A DNA stretch of 64,000 bases from an uncultured Flavobacteriales bacterium. Lineage in GTDB: Bacteria; Bacteroidota; Bacteroidia; Flavobacteriales; UBA7312. The position numbers and the translations under genes are program-made. A model generated the notes under the pieces. The model ran no database searches, was not told the DNA's origin, and saw nothing but the letters and a program-made list of their open reading frames with translations. Shown one piece after another: positions 19,510 to 29,553 of this stretch (position 1 is its first letter; each line of letters opens with the position of its first letter). The DNA lies in NCBI GenBank assembly GCA_964004705.1, contig CAXFOQ010000002.1, forward strand, positions 1,971 to 65,970. The letters are read 5' to 3'.

Positions 19510-21552
19510 CTACTTTTTCTTAGGAAGTACCGTATCTGATTCAGCATCATAGAAAGAATCTAGCACAACTTTAAAGTCTGTCCTTCTATTGTATTGATGA
19601 GCTTTCTCTATATCTTTCCTTCTTTTCAACTTATCAATAAATGTCTCATTTAAAATTGCTCCAGGTCTTAACTTACCATCCTTTACATCCATAACAAATG
19701 GTTCATTTTCTCCCATGCCTTTAGCAATTAATCTCATTGGCGCAATACCTTTTGCTACCATATAATCAACACAAATTTGGGCTCTTCTTTGGGATAAGGC
19801 TATATTGAATTCATCACCTGCTCTATTGTCTGTATGAGAACGTAATTGAATTACAACATTAGGATTTTCAATTAGTACAGTAATTAGGCTATTAAGTGCA
19901 TCTTTAGATTCTTTTCTTAGTTCAGCACTATTATAATCGTATTCAATTTTTGGTAAAACAATTTCTTTGAGCGTAGCTTCTAATACAATATCTTGAACCA
20001 TATTAACAGATTCTTTCACGCCAATTGTCGATTGAGTAAAATTAGTTGACAAATAGCCTTCACTTGTGACAACAAGGTTATATGATACATTTTCTTTAAT
20101 GAAATCTTCATCAAATAAATATCTACCTGAATTATCTGTAATAGTTCGAGAAGTACTACCATCACTTCCAATAATATCAATGTTCGCTCCAGTTATAATT
20201 TGTTTTGTTTTAAGATCCGTAATTACTCCTGAAAGCGTTAAATTTAGCTTTGGTAAGTTAAATCGATAAATATCATCACCTTTACTTCCTACTCTGTTAG
20301 AAGATAAATAACCTCTTTCTTCTTCGTCTTCAAAAATAATTCCAAAATCATCATTAGAAGAATTGATTGGACTATTCATATTATCTACTGAACGAAGATT
20401 GTTTTCGGCATCAAATGTAGCCTTAAAAATATCAAGACCTCCCATACCTATGTGGCCGTCAGAAGAAAAATAAAGAGATCCGTCGGCATGGATAAAAGGA
20501 AATAATTCATTTCCGCTAGTATTAATTTCATCACCTAGATTGATTGGCTCACTCCACTCATCTCTTTTAACTTTTTTGATGTACCAGATATCTTTACCTC
20601 CGTAACCACCATTCATATCAGATGAAAAATAAAGAACTTTACCGTCAGAACTCAATGATGGATGTGCAAAACTACTTACACTATCGTATGGAAGTGGTAA
20701 TAATACTGGCGATATCCAATTTTTACCTTTTTTCTTTGAGAAATAAATTTCACAAGTTGGGACAGGCTTAACTTTTGAGTTTTGCATACATCTTGTAAAA
20801 TACAATTCATTGCCTCTCTTGTTTATTGATGGAGCTGCTTCATGATCAGAAGTATTCATTGGCTCCGCAAATGGGGATGGCTTAGACCATCTTTTCTTTT
20901 TCTTATCGTATTTTGACCAATAAATGTCAGTAAAAGAATTACCTGTAAAACCATCAGAAGACTTTCCTAAAGAGCCATCTCTAGAAGATGTAAAAAACAA
21001 CTCGTCATAGTCTCTACTAGCGTAACAGGGAGCATACTCTTCTTGATTAGTATTATGTGGGAATGGGGTTAACTCATATCGACTTGGATTCTGCAATACA
21101 TCCTGAGCAAACATACAAGACTCTATACCTTTTTGAGCTCTTTCATCATCTGGCTTGAATTCTTTGTACTTTTTGTATTGCACTATAGCATCAGAGAAAT
21201 TTTGTTGTTTTTGTAAAACTTGAGCGTATCTAAGATATACTTCAACATGAGGGTATTTAGCTTTTATAGCTCGCTTATACATTGCCATCGCTTTCTTCAG
21301 AAATATTGGGGTTCCTATGTTTCTAGCACACTCAGCTTGTAGAAAAATTAATTCGGCTTTTTTAGCCCTATTTTTCTCTTTAGCATAATCGGCTTTATAA
21401 AGCTTTTCTGCTTCATAATAATTTTGCATCATAAAGGCTTTATCAGCCTTAGACATCTTGTTTTTCTTAGGAGATTGAGAAAAAAGAGATGTTGATGACA
21501 TCAATAAAAACAATATCGAAAGTGAAAGTATATTTTTCATTTTTTGAATCAT
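19510..21552 (-). CDS. OmpA-family peptidoglycan-associated protein with TPR, TolB-like (PD40/WD40-like) repeats and a CarboxypepD_reg-like insert
   Basis: Signal peptide, then TPR-like helices. Repeated ...ELFFTSSRDG..., ...ELYFTR..., ...VLYFSSDMNGGYGGKDIW... and ...SLYFSSDGHIGMGGLDIF... are PD40-like. LTLSGVITDLKTKQIITGANIDI is a regulatory beta-sandwich. The C-terminal OmpA_C segment is SAELRKES...LRSHTDNRAGDEFNIALSQRRAQ. The start is uncertain (21552 or 21540). Confidence 0.85.
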   Translation of the reverse strand: MIQKMKNILSLSILFLLMSSTSLFSQSPKKNKMSKADKAFMMQNYYEAEKLYKADYAKEKNRAKKAELIFLQAECARNIGTPIFLKKAMAMYKRAIKAKYPHVEVYLRYAQVLQKQQNFSDAIVQYKKYKEFKPDDERAQKGIESCMFAQDVLQNPSRYELTPFPHNTNQEEYAPCYASRDYDELFFTSSRDGSLGKSSDGFTGNSFTDIYWSKYDKKKKRWSKPSPFAEPMNTSDHEAAPSINKRGNELYFTRCMQNSKVKPVPTCEIYFSKKKGKNWISPVLLPLPYDSVSSFAHPSLSSDGKVLYFSSDMNGGYGGKDIWYIKKVKRDEWSEPINLGDEINTSGNELFPFIHADGSLYFSSDGHIGMGGLDIFKATFDAENNLRSVDNMNSPINSSNDDFGIIFEDEEERGYLSSNRVGSKGDDIYRFNLPKLNLTLSGVITDLKTKQIITGANIDIIGSDGSTSRTITDNSGRYLFDEDFIKENVSYNLVVTSEGYLSTNFTQSTIGVKESVNMVQDIVLEATLKEIVLPKIEYDYNSAELRKESKDALNSLITVLIENPNVVIQLRSHTDNRAGDEFNIALSQRRAQICVDYMVAKGIAPMRLIAKGMGENEPFVMDVKDGKLRPGAILNETFIDKLKRRKDIEKAHQYNRRTDFKVVLDSFYDAESDTVLPKKK

Positions 21553-21711
21553 AGAATTTTTGCTAAAATAAGGATTTATTTCATTGGATAACATCACAAT
21601 GCAATATCTATTAAAAAGTTGTTAATATTTTTGGTAGATTTACCAAATTGAAACAATAATAAAATTTATATTTGTGTAGTATTTACACTTTCTATTAATA
21701 ATAATTAAAAA

Positions 21712-22719
21712 ATGACAAAAAGTAAACTTGAGTATATTTGGCTCGACGGATATGAACCTACTCAAAACATGAGAAGTAAAACTAAAATTATTAATGATTT
21801 TAGTGGTAAATTAGAGGATTGTCCTATGTGGTCTTTCGATGGAAGCTCGACGCTGCAGGCTTCTGGAGGTTCTTCAGATTGTTTGTTAAAACCTGTAGCT
21901 ATTTACCCTGACCCTTCAAGAATTAATGGTTATTTAGTTATGACAGAAGTTTTAAATGCTGATGGCTCTAATCATCCATCGAATGCTAGAGCAACAATTG
22001 ATGATGATGATAACGATTTTTGGTTTGGTTTCGAGCAAGAATATTTCATTATGGATACTAAGACTCAACTTCCTTTAGGTTTCCCGCTAGGTGGTTACCC
22101 AGGTCCACAAGGATTGTATTATTGTTCAGTTGGTGGAAAAAATACTCACGGTAGAGAACTTGTAGAAGAGCACGCAGATTTATGTATTGAAGCTGGACTA
22201 AACTTTGAGGGAATCAACCAAGAAGTTGCTAGCGGTCAATGGGAATTCCAATTGTTTGCTAAAGGTGCTAAAAAAGCTGGCGACGAAATTTGGATTGCTA
22301 GATATATTTTAGACAGACTTACAGAGAGCTTCGGATATTACATTGAATACCATCCAAAACCCATCAAAGGAGATTGGAATGGTTCAGGAATGCATGCTAA
22401 TTTTTCCAATACTACATTAAGAACATGTGGATCAAAAGAAGTATATGAAAAAATTTGTGAAGCTTTCAGGCCAGTTGCTCAAGAACACATTAAAGTTTAT
22501 GGTGCATTCAATGATGAGAGACTTACTGGCTTGCACGAAACAGCGTCTATTAACGATTTTAGCTATGGCGTTTCAGATAGAGGTGCTTCTATTAGAATAC
22601 CTATTATGACTGTTGAAAACGGCTGGAAAGGTTGGCTTGAAGATAGAAGACCTGCTTCAAACGGAGATCCGTACAAAATTGCAGCAAGAATTATAAAAAC
22701 TGTAAAAGGAGCAGAATAA
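21712..22719 (+). CDS. Glutamine synthetase, type II (eukaryote-like, short form)
   Basis: 335 aa. EYIWLDG at the N-terminus, plus FGFEQEYF, GQWEFQ, GSGMHANFS and RGASIRIP, are GSII hallmarks. Confidence 0.9.
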   Translation: MTKSKLEYIWLDGYEPTQNMRSKTKIINDFSGKLEDCPMWSFDGSSTLQASGGSSDCLLKPVAIYPDPSRINGYLVMTEVLNADGSNHPSNARATIDDDDNDFWFGFEQEYFIMDTKTQLPLGFPLGGYPGPQGLYYCSVGGKNTHGRELVEEHADLCIEAGLNFEGINQEVASGQWEFQLFAKGAKKAGDEIWIARYILDRLTESFGYYIEYHPKPIKGDWNGSGMHANFSNTTLRTCGSKEVYEKICEAFRPVAQEHIKVYGAFNDERLTGLHETASINDFSYGVSDRGASIRIPIMTVENGWKGWLEDRRPASNGDPYKIAARIIKTVKGAE

Positions 22720-22744
22720 ATAAATTCAGTATGAAATTGAAAAA

Positions 22745-22773
22745 CTAACAAGAAATCTTGTTAGTTTTTTTTT
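22745..22773. terminator. Bidirectional terminator between the GSII gene (+) and tatA (-)
   Basis: CTAACAAG-aaat-CTTGTTAG is a perfect 8-bp stem. It is flanked by AAAAA on the left and a 9-T run on the right. Confidence 0.7.
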
Positions 22774-22775
22774 AA

Positions 22776-23000
22776 TTATTTTTTTAGGTCTTTTTCAACC
22801 TTCTGAGCTTCCTCATTAACAGTATTTGCACTTGAACGAATTTCTCTTCTTATATCGTTAGAAGCATCTTTCATCTCTCTAATACCTTTACCTAATGCTC
22901 TTGCAATCTCAGGTATCTTTTTAGAACCAAATAACATAACTACCACTAACATGATAATTAGAATTTCTGGCCCACCAATAAACAAAATAATAGAAGTCAT
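22776..23000 (-). CDS. tatA: Sec-independent (twin-arginine) translocase subunit TatA/E
   Basis: 74 aa. GGPEILIIMLVVVMLFGSKKIPEIARALGKGIREMK shows the TatA TM helix plus amphipathic helix pattern. Confidence 0.9.
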   Translation of the reverse strand: MTSIILFIGGPEILIIMLVVVMLFGSKKIPEIARALGKGIREMKDASNDIRREIRSSANTVNEEAQKVEKDLKK

Positions 23001-23100
23001 TTAAAATTTTTGAGTACTACAAATTTAAAGATAAATTAAAAATTATAAATGCCCCAAAAATTTGGAGTATTTAAAAAAAATACAAATTGATAATATAGAA

Positions 23101-26061
23101 TCACTTTTTATTTTCTGATTTTTTGATGGTATCAACCATAATTGGTGATGCTACGAATAATGAAGAATATGTTCCTACAATAACACCAACCATTAAGGCA
23201 AACATAAATCCTCTTATCACTTCACCCCCAAACAAGAAAATAACTAATAACACAAAAAATGTAGTCAGAGAAGTGTTTACTGTTCTACTTAAAGTACTAT
23301 TTAAAGCATTATTGACCAGAGAAGTAAATTCTTTCTTCTTATAAATATTCATATGCTCTCTAATTCTATCGAATACTACAACCGTATCGTTAAGAGAATA
23401 ACCAATAATTGTTAAAAGAGCTGCAATAAAGGCTTGATCAATTTCCAACGAAAATGGTAAAATTCCATAAAATAACGAGAAAATGGAAAGTACAATTAAC
23501 ACATCGTGGAACACTGCAGCAACTGCACCTAAACTAAATTGCCATTTTCTAAATCTTAGTAAAATATATAAGAAAATAACAAGTAATGAGAAAATTATTG
23601 ACCACAAAGCCGAAACTTTAATATCATCAGCAATAGTAGGTCCTACTTTTTGAGAACTCATAATTTCATAATTACCAATTTCAGACAAACCATTGTCTAG
23701 CTTTTTAGCTACTAACGAATCAGCACTCAATTCTTTACTATCAATCAGAAATTTAGTGGTAATCTTAACTTGATTGTTATCTCCAAAAGTTTTTACCTCA
23801 GGAAACATTTTTAGACCCGAATCGTCCACAAAATAATCAGCTAACGAATTTCTTACTGCCTCATTATCAACAGGCTGATCAAAACGCACAACAAATGTTC
23901 TACCACCTTTGAAATCTACACCATAATTAAGTTTTTTAGTAATTAGAGAACCTATTCCAATTAAAATTATTAATGATGAAACTCCGTAGAAAAATTTACG
24001 CTTTCCTATAAAGTCAATTGCTGTATTTTTAAATGCGCCTTTAGTGATAGAATTGTCAAAAGTAGCTGTACCTTTTTTCTCAAGTTTCCAATGAAAAATT
24101 AATCTCGTAATGAAAATAGCTGAGAATAAAGAAGTCAGAATACCTATTACGAGAGTTGTTGCAAAACCTTTTATAGGGCCAGAACCAAAAATATAAAGAA
24201 TTATACCTGTCAGAAGAGTAGTTACGTTAGCATCAATGATTGAACTATAAGCATTTTTATATCCATCAGAAACAGCTAATTTAAGACCTTTACCATTTAA
24301 TAATTCTTCTCGAACTCTTTCGTAGATAAGTACATTTGCATCTACAGACATACCAATGGTAAGAACAATACCTGCAATACCGGGTAAGGTAAGTACGGCT
24401 CCTAGAGAAGATAATACACCAAACACAAAGAAAAGATTAGCTAATAGTGCAATATTAGATACTAATCCTGCAAAACTATAATAGAACATCATATACACCA
24501 ATACTATGGACAATGCAATAATGAAAGATCTAAGCCCAGAGTCAATAGCCTCTTGACCAAGTGAGGGGCCAACAATTGCTTCTTCAATAATTCTTGCAGG
24601 AGCAGGTAATTTACCAGACTTTAAAATATTGGATAGGTCATTTGCTTCATTTATAGTAAAGTTTCCTGTAATCTGCGATCTTCCACCAGAAATTTCTGCT
24701 TGAACAGTTGGGAAAGAATATACATAATTATCAAGGACAATTGCAACGCTTTTACCGATATTGTCAGCTGTTAATCTCTTCCATTGTCTAGCACCCTCTG
24801 CATTCATTGCCATAGAGACTTCCGGTACACCGTTAAATTGACCGAAGTCTGTTCTTGCATCTGTTACGACATCACCCTCCATTGCGGCTTTACCGTCTCT
24901 TGTAGTAACTTTTAAAGCTACAAGCTGTACAAATTTTCCTTCTTTATCATAAGGCTTTACAGTCCAAGCAAAATGTACATCTCTTGGCAAGATGTCTTTT
25001 ACTTCTTCCATTTTTAAATAATCGTTAACAACGGCAGTATCTTTAACTGAAGAAATACCACATACGGGTCCTTCATTTGGTTGATTTGACTGATTTAGAT
25101 TTGGGAATAAAACAGCATATAATGGATTTTCTCTAGAAAATTGTTCAGCAGTTATTGCAGCTGAATCTGAAGCGACTTCGCTGTCAATACTCAAATCATC
25201 AATATTCAATGATCCTTCTAATTCATCTTCTGAAGCTAGTTCTTCTTGAACAGCTTCTAATTCTGAAATAGTATCTTCCTCATTTTCGACTTGAGATTTT
25301 AAATAAGTGTTAATTTGATCAATCGCACCTAAAATTTCAGCATTTTCATAGGTTTCCCAAAACTCTAGTTGGGCAGTACCTTGTAAAAGCTTACGAACTC
25401 TTTCAGGATCTTTAACTCCAGGTAATTCAACTAAAATTCTACCCGAACCCTCTAAACGTTGTATATTTGGTTGTGACACACCAAAGCGGTCAATCCTTGA
25501 TCTTAAAATATTAAATGAGCGATCTATAGCGTCTTCTACCTCTATGCGAATTACGCCAATAACTTCATCATTAGTTGAATTAGATGTTATTTTATCCCTT
25601 AATTCAGATGTATAAAAAAATGAAGTTAATTTTCCTTCAGGATTGATTTCATTAAAAGATTGAGCAAACAAAGTCACAAAATCGTCTTGACTATCTAATT
25701 GTTTATCAATAGCCAGATTAATTGCACTATTGAAGTTTTCGTCCTGGTTGTAATTAGACATTGCCCTAATAACATCTACAACTGAAACTTCAAGAGTTAC
25801 GTTCATACCACCTTTAAGATCTAAACCTAAATTTAATTCTCTAGATTTACATTCGTTGTAAGAATAATTTTTAAAACCTATATTATAAACTGGTTCTGAG
25901 GAAATAGAGTCTAAATACGCTTTTTCTTTTAGCTCATCACCATTCGAATACTCTATAGCATCTTCTTCTATACCTTTAGCAACCCATGTAAAGGATAGTT
26001 GATATAAACAAACAACAGCAAAGACTATTGCGAACAATGAAACAAAACTTTTATTTTGCAT
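23101..26061 (-). CDS. secDF: Protein translocase subunit SecDF (fused)
   Basis: 986 aa. MQNKSFVSLFAIVFAVVCLYQLSF N-terminus, LGLDLKGGMNVTLEV, and two six-TM modules. The ORF-track TTG start is replaced by the ATG at 26061. Confidence 0.93.
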   Translation of the reverse strand: MQNKSFVSLFAIVFAVVCLYQLSFTWVAKGIEEDAIEYSNGDELKEKAYLDSISSEPVYNIGFKNYSYNECKSRELNLGLDLKGGMNVTLEVSVVDVIRAMSNYNQDENFNSAINLAIDKQLDSQDDFVTLFAQSFNEINPEGKLTSFFYTSELRDKITSNSTNDEVIGVIRIEVEDAIDRSFNILRSRIDRFGVSQPNIQRLEGSGRILVELPGVKDPERVRKLLQGTAQLEFWETYENAEILGAIDQINTYLKSQVENEEDTISELEAVQEELASEDELEGSLNIDDLSIDSEVASDSAAITAEQFSRENPLYAVLFPNLNQSNQPNEGPVCGISSVKDTAVVNDYLKMEEVKDILPRDVHFAWTVKPYDKEGKFVQLVALKVTTRDGKAAMEGDVVTDARTDFGQFNGVPEVSMAMNAEGARQWKRLTADNIGKSVAIVLDNYVYSFPTVQAEISGGRSQITGNFTINEANDLSNILKSGKLPAPARIIEEAIVGPSLGQEAIDSGLRSFIIALSIVLVYMMFYYSFAGLVSNIALLANLFFVFGVLSSLGAVLTLPGIAGIVLTIGMSVDANVLIYERVREELLNGKGLKLAVSDGYKNAYSSIIDANVTTLLTGIILYIFGSGPIKGFATTLVIGILTSLFSAIFITRLIFHWKLEKKGTATFDNSITKGAFKNTAIDFIGKRKFFYGVSSLIILIGIGSLITKKLNYGVDFKGGRTFVVRFDQPVDNEAVRNSLADYFVDDSGLKMFPEVKTFGDNNQVKITTKFLIDSKELSADSLVAKKLDNGLSEIGNYEIMSSQKVGPTIADDIKVSALWSIIFSLLVIFLYILLRFRKWQFSLGAVAAVFHDVLIVLSIFSLFYGILPFSLEIDQAFIAALLTIIGYSLNDTVVVFDRIREHMNIYKKKEFTSLVNNALNSTLSRTVNTSLTTFFVLLVIFLFGGEVIRGFMFALMVGVIVGTYSSLFVASPIMVDTIKKSENKK

Positions 26062-26207
26062 AATATTTTTATTTAGAACGCGCAAATATAGAATTTCAAT
26101 TTTGAAATAGCAATTGAAATCAGATTTACTAATTATTTGTCTGTATGTTCAATCTCATTATATTTTGGCATACGTTTTTCAAAATTTTAAATCGTAAGTT
26201 TGTAAGT

Positions 26208-28391
26208 ATGAAAAAAGCACTATTGCTATCTATTTTTATGATTCCATTTACGATTTTTGGACAGTTTCTTAAAGAATCCGAACTTTCAATTATCGAAAAT
26301 GGAAGTTTGATTAAAAATCCTCTTACTGGCGGACTGAATTCCTGTCAATTATCTAATATTGATTTAAACAATGACGGAAAGAAAGATATTTTTGTATTTG
26401 AACGTGTAGGTGATAGAGTTTTATGTTTTCTTAATAACAATGATGGCGTTGGAGCTGATTTTGACTACAGTAAAGACTACAGCAAGAACTTTCCTGAGCT
26501 AAATAAATGGGCTTTATTAGTTGACTTCAACTGCGATGGCAAGGAAGATATTTTTACCTACAACGACAGCTATGTAAAGGTATATAAAAACACTTCTCAA
26601 GGCGAAAATCTAAGTTTTCAAATCGTAACACATGCTTTAATTAGTGACTTAGGACCTATTCTTAGTGCTATAATAATATCAGAAGTCGATATTCCATCAT
26701 TTGTTGATGTTGATGGAGATCAAGATATTGACGTGCTAACTTTTAAACAAAGCGGTGGCTATATAGAATACCATCAAAATCAAAGTCAAGAACTGTATGG
26801 CAATTGTGACAGCCTAGTTTTTGAATTGAAAACTGATTGTTGGGGAGAGTTTTTTGAAGGATTAAACACCTATGAATTTAATAGCTGCAATGAAGATGCA
26901 ATAATTAAACAATCAGAAACTCGATCATCTGGCGCTCATAGTGGCTCATCATCTTTAGCTATTGACATGGACGGGGATAACGATATGGATTTAATTTTAG
27001 GCGATGTATCTTTTGATAACTTAAACTTATTGATTAATGGAGGTGACTCACAAGATGCAAGCATGATTTCTGTAAATCAAGATTTTCCAATAGGCAATGG
27101 AAGTAATATAAGTGCTGAAATCAATACTTTTCCTGCTGCTTTTTATTTAGATGTAAACAACGATAATTTTAAAGATTTGGTAATCAGCCCTAATATTGAC
27201 AATAACTCGGAGAATTTTGAAAGTATCATGGTATTTTTAAACACTACAGAAGAAGACAACCTTACTTTTGAGTTTAGTCAGAAAGATTTTCTTCAAGATA
27301 ATACATTAGATTTTGGCTCAGGAGCTTACCCTGCAGTTATTGACTACAACAACGATGGCTTAAAAGATTTACTTATTGGAAATTACGGGTATTTTAATAA
27401 CAATAACCCTATTTCTCAACTTGCATTACTTAGAAATATAGGAAGCCAAAATGAACCAAATTTTGAAGTTGTTGATAGGGATTTTGGAGGGCTTTCAACA
27501 ATTGCATTAGACACTATTCTAAACGAAACGGTAAAAGGCATTTTTCCGACTCTTGCAGACTTGGATAATGATGGGGATGATGATATGGTTGTAGGTGATA
27601 ATAATGGAAAAATACATTATTTTAAAAATAATGCTAGTGCAGGTCAAGATGCTTTATTCGAATTGGAAAATGTCAACTTTTTTAATATTGATATAGGACA
27701 ACACTCAGCTCCTTTTCTTTATGATATGAATGATGATAATTTATTTGACTTAATAATTGGTCAAGTAGATGGTACGATTACTTACGCCCAAAATACGGGA
27801 ACGATTGAAAATCCAGTCTATGATACTCTTATTGAAGATTTTGGAGGTATATCAGTCAATAATGAAGAAAGTTTATATGGATTCAGTACTCCTTTTGTTT
27901 TTAAACAAGATAATGAAATAAATATTTTAATCGGAAGTGAAAGTGGTCGGATATACCATTACAAGAGTTTGAATAACGACTTATCTGTAAATTTTGAACT
28001 TATTAGCGACAACTTTCAGTCTATCGGTAAAAGAAAAAATACAGCAATACTTTTTGATGATTTTACTAATGATGGTAAAAGAGAAATGTTTTTAGGCATG
28101 CAATCTGGTGGGCTATTTTATTTTTTTAACGATAGTACTAATACAACTACAGACAATTATGTCAGTAATTTTTTGGCAAAAATTTACCCTAATCCTAGTT
28201 ATAAACAACTAACTATTGATACTGATAAAGAAAGTCAAATTTCTATTTATTCAAGTGTAGGACAATTGGTATTAAATAGTAAAATACAAGGACTATCAAC
28301 CATTGATATTGGCTTTTTAGCTCCAAGCTACTATTTGATTCACATACAACAAAATGGTGTTTCAGAATGGAGAAAAATTATCAAAAAATAA
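26208..28391 (+). CDS. FG-GAP/VCBS-repeat secreted protein with T9SS type A C-terminal sorting domain
   Basis: Signal peptide MKKALLLSIFMIPFTIFGQ. Repeated D.N.DG..D(L/I) Ca-binding FG-GAP-like units (DLNNDGKKDIFV, DFNCDGKEDIF, DMDGDNDMDLILGD, DYNNDGLKDLLIG, DLDNDGDDDMVVGD, DMNDDNLFDLIIG). The C-terminus KIYPNPSYKQLTIDTD...ISIYSSVGQLVL...YLIHIQ is Por_Secre_tail-like. Confidence 0.85.
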   Translation: MKKALLLSIFMIPFTIFGQFLKESELSIIENGSLIKNPLTGGLNSCQLSNIDLNNDGKKDIFVFERVGDRVLCFLNNNDGVGADFDYSKDYSKNFPELNKWALLVDFNCDGKEDIFTYNDSYVKVYKNTSQGENLSFQIVTHALISDLGPILSAIIISEVDIPSFVDVDGDQDIDVLTFKQSGGYIEYHQNQSQELYGNCDSLVFELKTDCWGEFFEGLNTYEFNSCNEDAIIKQSETRSSGAHSGSSSLAIDMDGDNDMDLILGDVSFDNLNLLINGGDSQDASMISVNQDFPIGNGSNISAEINTFPAAFYLDVNNDNFKDLVISPNIDNNSENFESIMVFLNTTEEDNLTFEFSQKDFLQDNTLDFGSGAYPAVIDYNNDGLKDLLIGNYGYFNNNNPISQLALLRNIGSQNEPNFEVVDRDFGGLSTIALDTILNETVKGIFPTLADLDNDGDDDMVVGDNNGKIHYFKNNASAGQDALFELENVNFFNIDIGQHSAPFLYDMNDDNLFDLIIGQVDGTITYAQNTGTIENPVYDTLIEDFGGISVNNEESLYGFSTPFVFKQDNEINILIGSESGRIYHYKSLNNDLSVNFELISDNFQSIGKRKNTAILFDDFTNDGKREMFLGMQSGGLFYFFNDSTNTTTDNYVSNFLAKIYPNPSYKQLTIDTDKESQISIYSSVGQLVLNSKIQGLSTIDIGFLAPSYYLIHIQQNGVSEWRKIIKK

Positions 28392-28446
28392 ATAGAAAGA
28401 CTCTGTTTGAATAACAATTTTATAAATATCCAAGTTATGTGTTGAC

Positions 28447-29370
28447 TTAGCTCAGCAATGAATTAGTAGCTTTAACCCCTTGAGCTGATTCGGCTAGTTT
28501 TTCTTTTTCCTCATCATCAAGGTCGATTTCAATAATCTTTTCAATTCCATTTTTGCCTAGAACAACAGGTACACCAATACATAAATCGCTCATTCCATAC
28601 TCTCCTTCTAATAATGCTGAACATGGAAACATTTTATGCTGGTCACAAGCGATAGCCTGAACTAAAGATGAAACAGCCGCTCCTGGTGCATACCATGCCG
28701 AAGTTCCTAACATTGCAGTAAGTGTAGCTCCTCCAATTTTAGTATCTTCCATTACTTTATTTAATCTTTCATAACTTAAAAACTCCGAAACTCTAACACT
28801 ATTCCTTGTGGCTAAACGAGTCAATGGTAACATTCCTTTGTCACTATGACCGCCAATAACCATACCATCGACATCAGAAGCTGGACATTTAAGAGCTTCA
28901 CTTAACCTGTATTTAAATCTAGCGCTATCTAAAGCTCCACCCATACCAATGATTCTATGCTTAGGAAGACCAGTAACTTTGTGTGTTAAGTAGGTCATAG
29001 TATCCATTGGGTTACTGACTATTATAAGTATTAAATTAGGCGAATACTTTATTAGGTTTTCTGAAACCATTTTAACAATTCCAGCATTGATATCAATTAA
29101 CTCTTCACGAGACATTCCAGGTTTTCTAGGAATTCCACTAGTAATGACAGCTATATCACTATTTACAGTTTTTGAATAATCGTTAGTACTTCCAACAATT
29201 TTAGTGTCAAAACCATTTAAAGAAGCAGTCTGCATCAAGTCCATAGCTTTTCCTTCAGCAAAATTTTCTTTGATATCAACTAAAACTACTTCGGATGCGA
29301 AATCTTTTATGGCAATGTATTCTGCACAACTTGCACCTACAGCTCCAGCGCCTACAATTGTTACTTTCAT
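28447..29370 (-). CDS. mdh: Malate dehydrogenase (LDH-like family)
   Basis: MKVTIVGAGAVGAS Rossmann motif, ITSGIPRKPGMSREEL, and GGHSD. Confidence 0.93.
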   Translation of the reverse strand: MKVTIVGAGAVGASCAEYIAIKDFASEVVLVDIKENFAEGKAMDLMQTASLNGFDTKIVGSTNDYSKTVNSDIAVITSGIPRKPGMSREELIDINAGIVKMVSENLIKYSPNLILIIVSNPMDTMTYLTHKVTGLPKHRIIGMGGALDSARFKYRLSEALKCPASDVDGMVIGGHSDKGMLPLTRLATRNSVRVSEFLSYERLNKVMEDTKIGGATLTAMLGTSAWYAPGAAVSSLVQAIACDQHKMFPCSALLEGEYGMSDLCIGVPVVLGKNGIEKIIEIDLDDEEKEKLAESAQGVKATNSLLS

Positions 29371-29553
29371 AAAATTATATTTTAAGCAAAATTAAATATT
29401 TAATACTTTAAATATAAATTAAAAAGTATTAAAATTATGTAAACAACATCATAAATTTGCAAATCTACAGGCTTATCTAAATTAACTTTTTGATATTTGA
29501 TTTTATTTATATCTTTAAAGGCTGAACACATAGCAAGAAAAATCTGTTCATTT

